DNA of 63,045 bases, counting the filler, from Sluysia triapertura (taxonomy: Eukaryota), in NCBI GenBank assembly GCA_046118255.1. It is 5 parts of 5 records of this genome, joined end to end, with 100 filler letters (N's around TTAATTAATTAA, not from the genome) between each part and the next. Parts side by side here need not be neighbours in the genome. Positions count along the whole stretch, not along the records: positions 12,227 to 25,179 come from JBJNIA010069507.1; positions 25,280 to 36,526 come from JBJNIA010186802.1; 3 more parts are not named here. One strand, written 5' to 3'. Both the position numbers and the translations under genes were made by a program. The notes under the pieces were generated by a model, which was not told the origin of the DNA, ran no database searches, and worked only from the letters and a program-made list of their open reading frames with translations. Positions 12,227 to 26,215 of this stretch are shown piece after piece; position 1 is the first letter of the stretch; every line of letters begins with the position of its first letter.

Positions 12227-14914
12227 ATATATACATATTATTATTATATCATTGTATAATCTATTTTGAAACGTCTTTTGCGAATAAATTATATCAATTC
12301 TTAATTTTTATTATAAACTACAATTTACATAGTTTCAAATATAAAATTAGTCGTTCTTTATGATTTCAATAGCTAGAATTTCTGTAGCTACGTAAAATAA
12401 CATTTAAAGATTCCATGTAAAGGAATCTAAGAAAAATCACCTTATAAACTTGATCATTATTATTAATTCTTTTAGATAAATTTCTTTAATATCATTACTT
12501 ACCTCCAGGTGTTTAAAGATTTTAAACCTTGCAGTTTTATCAGAAGTTTTCTTTTTTGAGACTCTTTTAATTTAATTAACTGGTAAGCCCAGTACGTTGG
12601 TGAACTCATACTAAGTTCTGGATTTATTCTATTGCTTCACTTTTAATTTCTCACACATTTAATTTGATTTTTGTTTTGAAAATCTTTATATTTTACAAGA
12701 AATGATGAATAAACGAATAATTTAAGTAAAAGGTTGGAATTATTGAAAAAGGAATATTATATAAGTAAATATTATATTATTAGATACTTATATTTAATGA
12801 ATTACTGTAGTAATAATGAATAGATATACTTGTAAAATAATATATTAAATAAAATAAAGTTTTTCAATTAAATTACGCCAAAAAATAAATTAGTTACTTT
12901 TAAATTTTTTAAAAACTCTGCATTAAAGCAAAATTTAAAAAGATGAATTATTTATACATTTTAATTAAATCTGATACAGGGCATTTTTCAATAGATATGT
13001 AAATATTATATTATATTTCCAACTTTTAATAAAACATTTTTTTATAATCATGTGATAAGAAATCAAAATTTGAACTTCAAAAATAACGACTTTCGGCTTA
13101 CGTATGTATAAAATCGCTTATTTTATTTAATTATATACAAAAATGTTTATATAATATGAATTTGGCATAATATAATGAAGTAGTTAATGTTTTGTAATTA
13201 TTTACTTGCTTTATTATTTTAACTTGCCTCTGTTAGTCTAAGATAAAAGTGTAATGTGAGTTCGAGTATAAAGACACTGTAAGATAAATGAATTTCGTCA
13301 TTCTTAATAAAATAATTTCTTTACTTTTTAAACAAAAACAAATAGTTTATTTTATTTTATTTTCATTACTTTATTTAATTATAATCATGTACATCAGACT
13401 GTTACAGACGCTTTATCTGTCAATATATTAAACTATTGCATTTATTTATATTTACTTAGATCAAAATAAAAGATCTCCAAAATAATAATTATTTAAATTT
13501 GATAAAATTCTCCGAGTCAATTCGCTTGATCAAAATTCAGTGGTGATAATAATTTTTATCTACTTGGGTCAAAATAATAATAATAATTTTATATAACACA
13601 TGTTTATTCCTTGAGATCAAAATTCATTGGTGATAGTAATCTCAAATTCTCCAAAATAATTATATTTGAATAAAATGTTCATATTTTATTTGTATCTCTT
13701 ATAAAGTGTTTATACAGAATATTTGCACACGCGTTCACTGCAGAATGTCACAAACTTCGACTTATAAGATAACTCGCAGTTAGCTGCAAAATTGTTAAAC
13801 AAATATGATATTTTATAAAATTCTGAGTTTTTTTCTCTTCAGGATTTATAGCCAGTAATTATTTAATCTTCTTCATCGATATTCAACTTTCCTTTGCTTC
13901 TATATTTCATTAGTTAACTAATTTAACAAGTTATCTCGTAGATAAAAGTTTGTGTTATATTTGCAAGAAAAGTAGTACTTAATGCGAAGAATAAAACTTA
14001 AAAGATATCAGTGAGTCCACCAACGTCTTGGTCTTACTGACTTAACGGCCAAGCGTTGGATTTTGTCGTAAAAGTAAAAATGGAGGTTAATCAATCAAGT
14101 CTCTTTGGGTTATCACAAACTTAGGCTAGATCAATGACAAATTTAAATTAAGCTTTAATATATCAAAAATGATCAAATTAATAAAATATCAAATAATTTA
14201 ATTACGTAAATGATTTTATGGGCAAATTCAAATTTTAGTTTGATTTTAATTTAAATTTTAAAAATCCTATAATTATTGATATTACTCAGGTTTGAGTATA
14301 CAAACCTTTTATAACAAAGAATTTACTTGGGTTCAAATAAACTGAACCCTTAAAAAATTATTGAAAGTTACTTAGGTTCTTTCTCGAACCTGTACGTGTA
14401 ATTTAAAAATTAATAAGATGGTTTACTACAAATTTTTATTATAAAACAAAATGTTATATACAATTGAAAATATATAAATAATAAAGTTATAATAGATTAT
14501 TGTTACAATAATAATCTTTTTACAAAAAATTTTAGAATAATTTACTTAGTTTCCGATAAAAGGAAACTTTTAAAAAATTAAAAAATAAGTAATTTAAGTA
14601 AAATGTTACTTTGCAAATTCTAATTGCTATCTCTTAAAAACTAACGTTAATAAAATCAACGAATGTTGTGATGGACAGTTTCTTAATCGGAGTGCGTCTG
14701 GATATACTGCGAAGAGTGGTGTTGAAATAAATTATTGGTACGTATTAAAAATCGTCGAAGAGACGGTGTTCCTTTGAAAGATGTGTAAAAATTTAAACTT
14801 GAAAAGTTGTAAGTGAAAAGTTGTGTGAAGCAGTGTTTAATTGGTCTTATATTTATACCTTTTTATCTTCAAGGTTATTCAGTTAAATGAAATTATTAGA
14901 ATTAAACAAAATTA

Positions 14915-15350
14915 TTAAAATTAATAAAGATTTTTATAAATAATAAAATAATTTGGACATACCGTTTAAAATTAATAAAAATTTTTATAACTAATAATAA
15001 AATAATAAAATAATAAAATAATTTGGACATACCGTTTAGAGATGAATGATTTATTTCCTAATATTTTGTTAATTACAAATATCCTCTGGTTTTGGAATAA
15101 AATTATTAAAATTAAAATTTGAAACTAATTAAAATCTGAAAATCTGAAAACTTTGAAATGCGAAACAATTAATATTCTAAAATTATCGTTTAAACTATGT
15201 TCATTACTAATTTAAATCTAAACATTTACATTATTACTAATCTAAATCTATGAAAATGTGTAGTTTTGAAATACGAAACAATTAATATAAACTTATATTC
15301 TTACTAATCTAAATCTAAACATTTAAATCCAAACATTTACATTTTATATT
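14915..15350. repeat. Local direct duplications
   Basis: TAATAAAATAATTTGGACATACCGTTTA twice; TTTGAAATRCGAAACAATTAATAT twice; AATCTAAACATTTA several times. Confidence 0.7.
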
Positions 15351-15774
15351 TAACATAGTCAATTGAATCTCTATTGAATGCATTGATTTGGAAAAATCCA
15401 ATTTTGTCCTTGAGATTTGTTAATTGTTATTGCTAAATAAACAGCTTCACAATCTATAATGTTTGACAACTTTGAAATGAACTGTGAACATTTTGCTGCA
15501 TACGTTTTTGAATAACTTGTTTATTTAACGTTATCGTTATGTTAAATTATATATCACCAAATATCTCAACAAAAATAATGTTTAAAGTTCAAAAACCAAT
15601 AAAAATTTCAATAATACATTGAACACTTATTTCTACACTGATCTGTTTCCTTCATTGTGATTGGTCAGATTTTTATAGATTAGTAATTTAAAATTTGTTG
15701 TAAAATGTATATACATTTAAATAACTCTTAATCTTCATGTTTTCTTTTCTTGTATTATTTAACTTATTTATCAA

Positions 15775-15813
<39 letters not shown>

Positions 15814-16303
15814 TGCGTACCTTTTCTTCAAATTTTGTTCATAAAAATTATTAATAAAACAATTTGCAAATTCATTCGATATAAAATAAAATGATAAAAT
15901 AAAAGTAAAACCAAAAAAATGAATAAAACGACTAATAAATAATAAAAAAACAATAATAATAAATAATTTCCCAATTCATTAACAAAATAATAATATTATT
16001 ATAGTAATAGACAAAGTGGATTTTGTTTGTTGTTTTTTTTGCTTTTCTTCTTTTTATTTACATTGTTTATACTGACCATAATTAAATTATTAAAATAAAA
16101 TACAAAATAAAAGTAATAAAAAAGATAAAAAACAAATTAATCATTGCATAGATAAGTCTAATAATTAGATATTTGTAAAATATATATATAGTTTTAAATA
16201 TAAAATTAAAACGTTTTGATGAAACGTTTGATAAATAAATATTTTTTAAGTCTGACTCCATACGTAAAACCGTTACTTATATTTTGCTATTTATTATTTA
16301 GAT

Positions 16304-16775
16304 CAGTCATTCCCAAAGTGGTCCATTATCGACCCTCAGGGGTCAGTGAAAACCTGCGAAAAAAATTGGGGGTCTATGAATGAAAATGGGGGTCAATAGC
16401 AAGAAATTTCAAAAATTGCAAGAAACAGTATAATTGATATAATTTTGACATTAAAAAAATGACAAAAATATAATACTATTAATATAATTAATATCGTCGG
16501 TCTAAAACTGCTTTCACTTGATCTCGGAACATTTTATAGGCGTCTCACTCGCTCCATGGTACTCGCCGAACTTATCGTCTCAGTCACTCCACACAGCCAC
16601 GCATCGCATCAACTCAAATTTTAAATTTAATTAATAAATGTGTAAAAATGTGTTGTTTTTTACGTTTTCACTACAGTTTGAAATTTAAATCTTTCAAAGT
16701 GAATAGCATGGGGTTTATCTAAAATTGAAAACCATGACAACGGGTCTACGCAAGAAAGAAGTTTGTGAACCTCTG
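16304..16775. mobile_element. Non-autonomous hAT (Charlie/Buster-like) element, 472 bp
   Basis: TIRs CAGTCATTCCCAAAGT / AGTTTGTGAACCTCTG; 8-bp TSD ATTTAGAT / ATTTAGTT; subterminal GGGGTC repeats. Confidence 0.8.
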
Positions 16776-18590
16776 ATTTAGTTAATAAAAGATCACTTTT
16801 CATAATTACGAGATAAATAAACTCGTTAATGTTTAACTGTATTTCACAAAAGAACTCTCAGTTTATCATTTTTATGTCATAAATTAAATCTATGGATAAG
16901 TTACAATGTATCATTTTATTTAAGTTTTTAAGCTTTGGTTCTCACTTATTTCAATCTGAATACCAATTGATACAAGTAAAGAAGAGTTATTTCAACTCTT
17001 ACTTCATATTTAACTATATAAAAACCAATTACATTTTAAGTGAATCTAACTGTCATCTTTTTACTTCTTCATTTAGGTGCTTTCCAAAAATTTCACCCTA
17101 TAAAGATGATAACAACTTAGATGTATAAATTTCGTGTCATTTTAGAATTTAATCTAATGATTCGCATTTGGTTTTAAATGCAACATCTTGATTTTACCTT
17201 TCATTATCTAATTTGAGAATGAATACAATCCGAGACTTAAGGGTTAGTTCGTAGGTGTCAGCACGTTTAATTAATATGATAAAATCTTAAACTTATTTAC
17301 AATTGGCTCTTTAATTAATAATACTTAGTATGTTTACGTAAGATCTTACTACTGTGTAATTAAAACGGTATACTTACTAAATCGAATCTAATAATGATAA
17401 TTTTACGTCAGATTTTACGACAGTATGATTATAAATGGCGCTCCTTATTTATTTCTTTAAATAAAACAAAATTAAATTAACAAGTTTTTAAGTGTATTAA
17501 TGGTGCAATAAAAGATATAAATAAAGTAATAAAAATGGATAATACAATAGCTTTGAAATATATGAACAAATAACTTTACAAATAGAAGTTGTAATTAAAT
17601 TTAATATGATTAGTATATAATCAAGTTAATGGATTTTAATAAATATTTTAATTTAATAGACCACTTTAAAAGGTCTTTAAAAAAAGATTTTAAAACTTAA
17701 GAAATATAAACTAACTTTAAAATACTGTAAAAACCGAGCAGCAATTGTAAAAATTTGTATATTTTTTGTGTGCATAGAATTATAAAATCAGGCGTTTATA
17801 TAGTATTTTAATATGACCTTGAAATTTAGTTATTAAAAAAATTCTTAAAACAAAATTTTACAAAAACCTATATTTTTTATAAATGTGCGGAAACAAACGA
17901 TTTATTATTTAAAGTTTTCTAAGTAAATTATTTAATTTTAAACAAATATTAGCATATTGAACTATATTTAGTACATAAATTTAGTTGACTAATTCATTTA
18001 CTCTGCTAACATTTGCAAGGTGAATTATTTCATCTAATGATTTGTATTTAATTTCAGATTCAGTTTCATGATTCTAATCTTTATGAAAATTATCACTATC
18101 TGTATTAATATGAAAAACAATATCATGAGTACACATTGTTTTTAATCAACGGTTACCTAAAAATTTCACTTTTATCATTTACTTCGAGTGCCAATTTTTG
18201 AAATGTAATCTGTCTATTTTTTCTTTTTAATTAATACATACTTTATCCAATCAAATGGCAGTTAATTCGCATTTCATTGGTTGTTGAAATAATTATAATT
18301 AAAATGTTATGTCATAAATTGTATAACTTATTTTTAATCAAAGTTTTGACTATTATATAATATTTTTTTAATGTAACGTTATTACAGAATGGTTTAATGG
18401 TTTAATATTACGAATTAATGATTGTAAGAGTTGTGTGATAATCAATTCTTAAAGGTGTAACGTGTAGATAGTTTCGAGAATTATTTGACGATCTTTGAAA
18501 GCGATTAACATTACAAGTTTTGATGAGCTTTAAAAGATGGTTGTGTTTCTTTTGTTTGTAATAATTGTATTTTAAAGATAATCTTTGTAT

Positions 18591-18746
18591 TATTGTGATA
18601 CAGGCCTAAGGTACCACTTGGTATGGTTGACTATTCTAATCTAAAAATTGTTAGATTGGGCTGATAACTCAGTGGAAGAGCATCGAAATGCGCAGCGAGA
18701 GGTCCGGGGTTCGATCCTAGGTCAGTCTATTTTATGAAGTCTAACA
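18591..18746 (+). mobile_element. tRNA-Ala-bearing TG...CA mini-element, copy 3
   Basis: Same architecture (5' end decayed to TATTGTGATA); flanked by a 4-bp direct repeat GTAT at 18587-18590 and 18747-18750. Confidence 0.85.
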
Positions 18747-19402
18747 GTATCTATTTATGAATTTGATGAGTGCTACAGTGTGTAGGTTTTCTTTTGTGAA
18801 ATTGTGTTAATTGGTGATCTAAAAATGTGTGGATTTAATGAATTAAAGAACTATTCCGGGATCTAAGAATATGTGACTGAGCTTGACAATTTTGTTGAAT
18901 ATGTTATTAGTTAAAGGTTCATTATGTGCTGATTCTGAAGTAAAATTAGTACACAATAAGTTGAGCCACTAAATATAAATTTTTTGTTTAAAATTAAACA
19001 TAAATAATAAAATATTTTACATCATTTTCAATCGACCAATATTTTTACGATTATTATAATAAAAATACAAATATTATAATATAAAATTAATGAGCTTTTT
19101 TGTGAATTATTCGCTGTTAATTTAATAATAAGTACAAATGCTGACGAAAAATTTGAATCTGTAAAACATTGCTTTTCTTTTTCATCAATTTTAAATTGAT
19201 TTATCATCGACAAAATCGTAATAGCCGAAAACATTATCATTCATTGTAATATATTAATAGTTTAATAAATCTATTTTACGGCAAATTTTTATCTATGTAA
19301 TAACAGATGTAGTTAAAGCTTTCTTTGTAGTTAAAGTTTTATAAACTATTTTATTATTATTATTATTATCATGTGTCCCTTACTGATGTACCTTTCTGTT
19401 AA

Positions 19403-19472
19403 CCCCTTAACGCGCAGGAACGTATTAACACAGGCGTGCACGGTTTTTTTTTGAAAATTGTGCATTAAGGGG
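19403..19472. mobile_element. 70-bp piggyBac-type MITE
   Basis: TTAA|CCCCTTAACGCGCA ... TGTGCATTAAGGGG|TTAA. Confidence 0.8.
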
Positions 19473-20952
19473 TTAAAGTGTCATTATTGCATCAATTTAA
19501 ACAAAAAAATAAATATTTCCATATTTTATTATATAAAGAAAAATAAAATTCGAAATATTTTTCCATATTAACGATTTATTTAAATATTTGTGAAACAATT
19601 TTCTAATAAAGAAATGAAATATAAAATCATTAATTGAAATTACTTTCAATATAATGATATAAATTACAAGTCAAGTATAACAAAAATTAATTTGATTATT
19701 ATATAAATATAAATATTATTTTATTATTTTCATTTTCATATGTAATAACAATTATTTATTTTCGTTTAACAACTTTTAATAAAAATATGGCATATTTAAA
19801 ATATATTCAAATTATATTATTAATTAAATTTTAAATCAATATTTTATTAATTTGTGAATATTTTATTTATATTAATTTTATAACATTTTATTTATTTATG
19901 ATATTTTTAATTAAGTTTTGTTTAATTGTTATCTTTATTTTACTATTGTTTAAATCATTACGAAGGTCAAATGTTCAAATACAAATAGTGTTTAATTGAA
20001 ATGGATGATTAGACGATTAGTTAAGTTATATGTGCTTAACTGTATTTCTTTACTGTATTTCTGTCTCAATATTTAACAATGTGCGAAGATTATAACAAAT
20101 ATACACTCTTTAAAATACACTCAAAATCGTTCTATAGTATTAAGGGTTATCTTTTAACATAATAACCGAATAAAATCAATTTTAAATTCTTAAAAGAATT
20201 CAAGATTATTCAAAAAAGAATAACCTAACACATTCGAATAACGTTTTGTTATTATATTGTAATTTATAATTATTTCTGTAAAATTTCATCAATAAATCTT
20301 AAGCTTTATTTCCTTATGAATGTAAATTTATTTTTAAATTATAATTAAGTTTTTAAAAATTATAATCATTTAAATAGGAAACCGCAGTAAAATATACAAA
20401 ATTCAATATAAATTTGTTGAGTTAAAATTAAAATAGTTTCGTTTAATCAGAGAACCAAAGCAAAATATTAATTTTTAAACGATTTACTATAATAAGGAAT
20501 CAAAGTAAAATGACGATTTAACAAATTATTAACAGTTTTATTTAATACAGAGCCTAAATAAATTGAATTAATAACGATAATAATAAATTTTTAAAAAAAT
20601 GATTAAGAGTAACACAAATCAGTTTGAGAATTAAAATTAAAATATTCTTGAGGTTCCATTTAATAAGAAAACCTAATAAAATAATTTTTCAAGGTTTCAT
20701 TTAAAAAGGAACCTAAGTAAGATCAATTTCCATTACAAAACAACAAATAAGGCTCAGTCAAAGCAGAATAAGCCATAAGCCATTACAAACGAGAAAATAC
20801 CTAAATTAATAATAGTGTTTATCCCCTATTTGTTTATGATCATTGTTGTTAAAATTCTACAGATTAGCCATAATTAGTAAGCTTAGGATCGTACGTGGAC
20901 TCACATTTTATATGAAGCATTTTCTTGTAAATTTTACTACACTTTTCCACAC

Positions 20953-21020
<68 letters not shown>
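20953..21020. repeat. (AAT)n microsatellite; others at about 15775-15812, 30692-30743, 35276-35324, 36270-36490, 39596-39672, 47043-47103
   Basis: Directly visible trinucleotide runs. Confidence 0.95.
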
Positions 21021-21021
<1 letters not shown>

Positions 21022-21354
21022 GAATGATAGAATTACACCAAATAGTTATTATGACTGTGGAAATAATTAAAATAAAATTATAGAAAATAAAAATTATTAC
21101 AAATGTGTTTTGGTTTTGTATATATCGAGTAACATGTTTAATAATTTGTTTATGTAAGAAGTGTTGACTTATGATGAAATGTATTTATGATTGCGATGAG
21201 TTGTTTGTAGTGGTAATTGACAATATATTTCTTTTTGCTATCAATCTTGCCATTTAAATTTTGTGTGAAATAGTGCTTAAGGCACATAAACGTCACTTGA
21301 AAATTAAATCAAAATTACAATTACAATTAAAATATAAATAACACTTAAGACTAT

Positions 21355-21482
21355 TGTTAGACTTCATAAAATGGACTGACACGGTATCGAACCCTGGACC
21401 TCTCGTTGCGCAGTTCGATGCTCTACCCATTGAGTTATCAGCCCCGTCTAACCATTTTATTATAGTTAATTTTACCGCAACA
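21355..21482 (-). mobile_element. tRNA-Ala-bearing TG...CA mini-element, copy 4 (deletion in 5' part)
   Basis: Reverse complement reads TGTTGCGGTAAAA...TGGTTAGAC-GGGGCTGATAACTCAATGGGTAGAGCATCGAACTGCGCAACGAGAGGTCCAGGGTTCGATACCGTGTCAGTCCA-TTTTATGAAGTCTAACA; flanks CTAT and CTAC. Confidence 0.85.
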
Positions 21483-24400
21483 CTACTTATTTCACAAAGA
21501 TCGTTTAATTAAAATCATATGAAATTTAAAAAAGAAAGTCTTTTATAACTCTTTTATACTCCACAAGCGCAATCAGGTACAATTGATCAAATATTTCATC
21601 ACTTTTGAATTTAAAAATTATGCATTTATTTACTTTGAAATATGCACAGTCTTCATAAAGTTTATTAATTTCGGACTCCTTTCTAACGGTAATCGCGAGG
21701 ACGTTAGAACCTCTGGAACATATTCCTACAATTTATTTATAATTATATAAATACTTTTGCTTTATTAATACAATTCGCTTTTAAAAATACATCTTCACTA
21801 AATTTGTTAAAATCTGAATATCCTTTTTCACTCAAATAAACTTGCATATGTGAAGAAGAACACATATATCTATTAATCTTACGATGAAATTTGTAAGCTC
21901 TATATGAACGTATATATGTTTAATCTGTGATTTGTAGGCTACTAAACATTTACACTCACCATTCGCTTCTGCATTTGTCAATATCTTTAATAAATGTTCT
22001 TCAAATTTTTGAGCCATTTGCTTTGAGAACACTTGAAAGTCTTAGCTTGTACTTTAAGGCTAGTAGAACCACTAGATCGTCTATATGGTACTATTTCTTC
22101 CTTAGCAATATCATTTTTGAAAATATCTTTGAACTCTTCTTAAAGGCATGTTTTTTAAAACGTTGGCTGCACTTTTAAGATCGTTTTTACTATCTTGCAG
22201 GTATGTGCTCACACATAATATTTTGCGGTCACTTAACTTTAAAACTTTTCTTACTTTTCGAAGTCCACAAACAGCACAAATTATGACATATTAATTTATT
22301 GGGTTTTAAATATTTATATTTAAGATATTAAATGTTTTACAAAAACGTTAAATTAATATAATAATAATTTAACCTTTGAAAAGTCAATTTCTGAGTGAAG
22401 AATGATATTGAATAATCGTGTGTATAAAAAGTTAATATTTGAATAAAACTGAAATAAACAATTTTAAAAGATTACATATTAAACTGTTACTCTGGGCACT
22501 GAATCGAAAAATCATGAACATATTTCTGATTCATATTGAAAATGCACACTTTTCCTATTTATTAATCCCTTAACAGAACTTAAACCTTTATTATTTAATA
22601 ACAAATTAATAATTAATTTGATTAATTTATAACTTTATCATAAAAAATTAATCATTTTAAAATATTTCGAACATTCTGAATTCTATTAATAGTTCTAGTG
22701 ATATCTTCTATTATTTTATTTTCTATAATACTTGATTAATCTATAATTTTTTATAATATTTGAATATCCCACTTGTTTAACATTTTTAAATTCAAAAAAA
22801 TCAAATAGAATTATCAATTTACACTGATTGATTAGTAAATTGTCCCTCGGTTGCTTTAACTTAAAGAAGGGTGGATTATGTTTTGTTAACAAGGGTAGAA
22901 GACTTAAAATAGTTCTAAATATTTATGTCTTTGGGATATACTTTGAAACACTACAATCTCACAATAGCAACTTCCATTCTTGTTATTACAAAAATTTTGT
23001 AAATTAATAGAATGTTTAAACATTTTGTTCTTTGGTACAATATTTGCCACAAAAAGGTTAATATTAACTTCATTTAATATAACAGGCCATGTGATAATAA
23101 AAGTTTTAGAATAACGTAAATGAACCTTTTTCATTACTCGGATACTGTGAGTGGTTAGTAATTTGTCAGCAAAAGATGTAATACGTTGGGAAACGAATAA
23201 AATACTACTAGTTTCCAATGTAGAAGAGGTTGTTAATAAAATGTTATAACCGTTGCTAACAAAACGGTTACAGCAGAAGTGTAAATTGATATTTAAAGGT
23301 ATAACAAACGAAAATGAATCAAGTGGGATAAATTTTAATTTGCGAAATTTATAAAAGTAGGTTTGCATAAGAGATAGAGTAGTAAAATTGTGCGATAAAC
23401 TTGACTTAGTACAGTAAAGATCTTTAAAATGTTATTGATGTTTATAATATGTATTCATATTTTAGGCATTATGAATTTTATCATAATTTGCACTCTTTTA
23501 TGAATTAAAAAACAAATTTAAGCATCTTTTTAAATAAAACGTGCTATAATATATCCATTGGTCTTAAGGATTGTAACATGAATTAACATTAATCTAGAAA
23601 TAACAAAATACATCTTGGCTAATTTGTTATATACACTAAGAAACTTAACTATATAAATTTGATAAGAAGAAATAAAAGATTCTCATAAAGTATAAAACTA
23701 ACATTTAAAGAGAGGTTTGCGCATAAGAAGAGAAACAAACTAAATAGTTTTTATATTTTCGCAGCTTGACATAAACAAAAATAGCAATTAAGAAAGAGTA
23801 AGTCTGTTATTTGAAGAGTATCGTTAAATTCTTTAAAATTGAAATACGCGATGAAATTTATGATCATAGACTTGGAATCGTGATGAATAAAATATTGTCC
23901 AAAAAATAATGAATATATGTGCCCAAGCTCTGTAACACTTCAAAAAAGTTAGGATACAATAATTGTCTAGAACGAAAGAATGGCGAAAACTTAGGAATTA
24001 TTTGTGATCTCAGATTGATCATTAAATCATCAAGAGTAACAATTTTCGTTAACTTTATAATTAACTTTACCTTATTCGTTAGGTGGGTTTAAATCATTTA
24101 TTTTGCTAGGAATATTAAGAGTTTGTTCATCATCATCTGATTCCAGATGATTACCTTCAAAACTAGGATTTAAATCTACTCACATTGTTGTATTAGTATT
24201 TAATTGTTTTATTGATGGTATACATTTGTTTAAAACTCGAGTGATAACTAATTATGAGGCTGCTGGCAGAAGTGGTATCAAAAATTAAATGTTGATGAAG
24301 TGAAGCCATATGAAATATCAAATTATGATTTAAGGAAGCCATTTTTTAAATTTTCAGAAATCTCCAATTGAATATTATTTTTTAAAACATGATATTGATT

Positions 24401-25879
24401 AGATTAAAAATTATTATTAATATTTAATGTAAATTATTAAATATATCTTTTCTGAATTAATTTCTTAAGTTATCATAACTTAATAGTTTCAGAATAGTTT
24501 CAGAATACAACGGCATAAACGTAATATATTAGTATCATTTGTGAATCTTTAATTTTAATATTTTTTTCTTTTGCTCTTTAAGTACTATTATGGTTTTGTA
24601 TTCCGAGGTGTGGGTTTCTTGCTCTTATTTTCTTTTACTTCAAGTAGCAATTAGAATTCGTTTTCATGGACTGATCTAATTGAATTAACTTATTGGAATT
24701 TATAATGAAGTTTTGTAATCTGGGTTACATTTCAAAGAATTGATTACAAATTTTCTTTTATGTAGTTACGAAAAAAGAAAAATAAAATGATATGAATAAG
24801 AATGTTTTGAAATGAGGAAATTTAAGTTTAGCTCAAGAAAAGCTGGATAAGTGAGAGTGAAGGGTGTTATTGTTTTATTGGAAGTATGTTATTTATAAAT
24901 TTGTGCTAAGACAAGTAGAACTTAATGTATTGTGTTAAATGAGTTTAACATATTAAGATTGATTGTTTACTTAATTTGTAAAAATTATTTAAGTTGTCAA
25001 TTTTTTGTGTATGATGAATAATGTGATATAAAATTTTGAATTATTTTATCCTTGTTCCACATTGTTAGAAGCAATAAAATAATAATAATAATATATTAAT
25101 TTATATTGCGCTCATATCTACCGCGCTTAAGGTAAATCATTCACCATAATATTTCTGAAACAGAAAGAACTTTGCTTTTNNNNNNNNNNNNNNNNNNNNN
25201 NNNNNNNNNNNNNNNNNNNNNNNTTAATTAATTAANNNNNNNNNNNNNNNNNNNNNNNNNNNNNNNNNNNNNNNNNNNNTTTGGTGAAGTGTTAAGGTTG
25301 TGTATTATTGTTTGATGAAATGAATTGCGTGGTGTTTATAGTTGAAAAGTATGGCTGTGAGTGAGGTTATTTTAATAAGATTATTTTTAATCTTAAATTA
25401 TGGGGTTGGCCACTACAACCACAATTTACTTCATTTCTCATCACGAGTTTTTTCCAAGGGTTTTTTAACAATTTATTGCAATACTCTGTTGAGCCTAAGA
25501 TTATCTTTAGTTTATAATTTCTTGAATTGTATTTTTTGTAATAAAGATTATATTGGAGCTTAAGGCTCGGTTTAAAATGCAAATTTAATAAGTTTGTCAG
25601 GGACTTTTGTAAATTTTATTGTTCATAAGCAACAAGAAATAAAACTTTGATTTCCTATTAGAATAATATATAGAGATGTTTAATGTATAAAAGTATAAAT
25701 CATGAGAAAAAGTTATTACGTGATCTTACCTTTCTGCGGAGATGCGTAAAATCAACAATAAACTTGACTCTGAGGCTTCGTATTTAATGATTTGACATTT
25801 GTGTAGTTCCGCATTTTATCGTAATAGAATAATTCTGATTATGCTCAAAGCCGATCTTGGAATGCGGAGATTTATTACA

Positions 25880-26215
25880 TATTTCTTTTGTATTCATAAG
25901 TATATTTTTTCCAGAGAGGTGAAAGGTTTTAGTAATTGGGCAACTAAGATCGAGCCAAATTATCGAGTTGAAGTGAATTGTCTATCATTTGTGAGGTTGA
26001 TTGTATAAATGTGGTGAAATTGTGGTACATTTGGTAACAATATATGAGATCTTTCGTCGTTAGTTTCGTGATTTATGAACCTGTCAAGTTCCATGACGTC
26101 GCACGATCACTATCATCTATAAAACATTTGCATAATTTTCTGTGCAATTTTCTGAAATCTTCAATTTCCATCTTATTCTTGACGATTATATTTTGCCGTA
26201 AAAAGACCTTTAGTT
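25880..26215 (-). pseudogene. Degenerate SET-domain fragment
   Basis: Minus strand, with frameshifts: KGLFTAK (26191-26211), VI.ATS.GNLT.RFINHE (26068-26110) and TYEY (25890-25901), in the order of SET motifs GLFA / IDATxxGNxxRFINH / ELTYDY. Confidence 0.5.

Noticed and set aside
14282-14391. CRISPR-like repeat-spacer pattern (also 50925-51032)
   Set aside because: Eukaryotic context, non-identical repeats, only three units and no cas genes; kept as hairpin arrays.
14664-15355. Possible solo LTR (TGTTG...TAACA)
   Set aside because: No TSD and no second copy in the window; only the internal duplications are reported.
20843-21070. Poly-Asn ORFs (also 39484-39738)
   Set aside because: Open only because of (AAT)n microsatellites.
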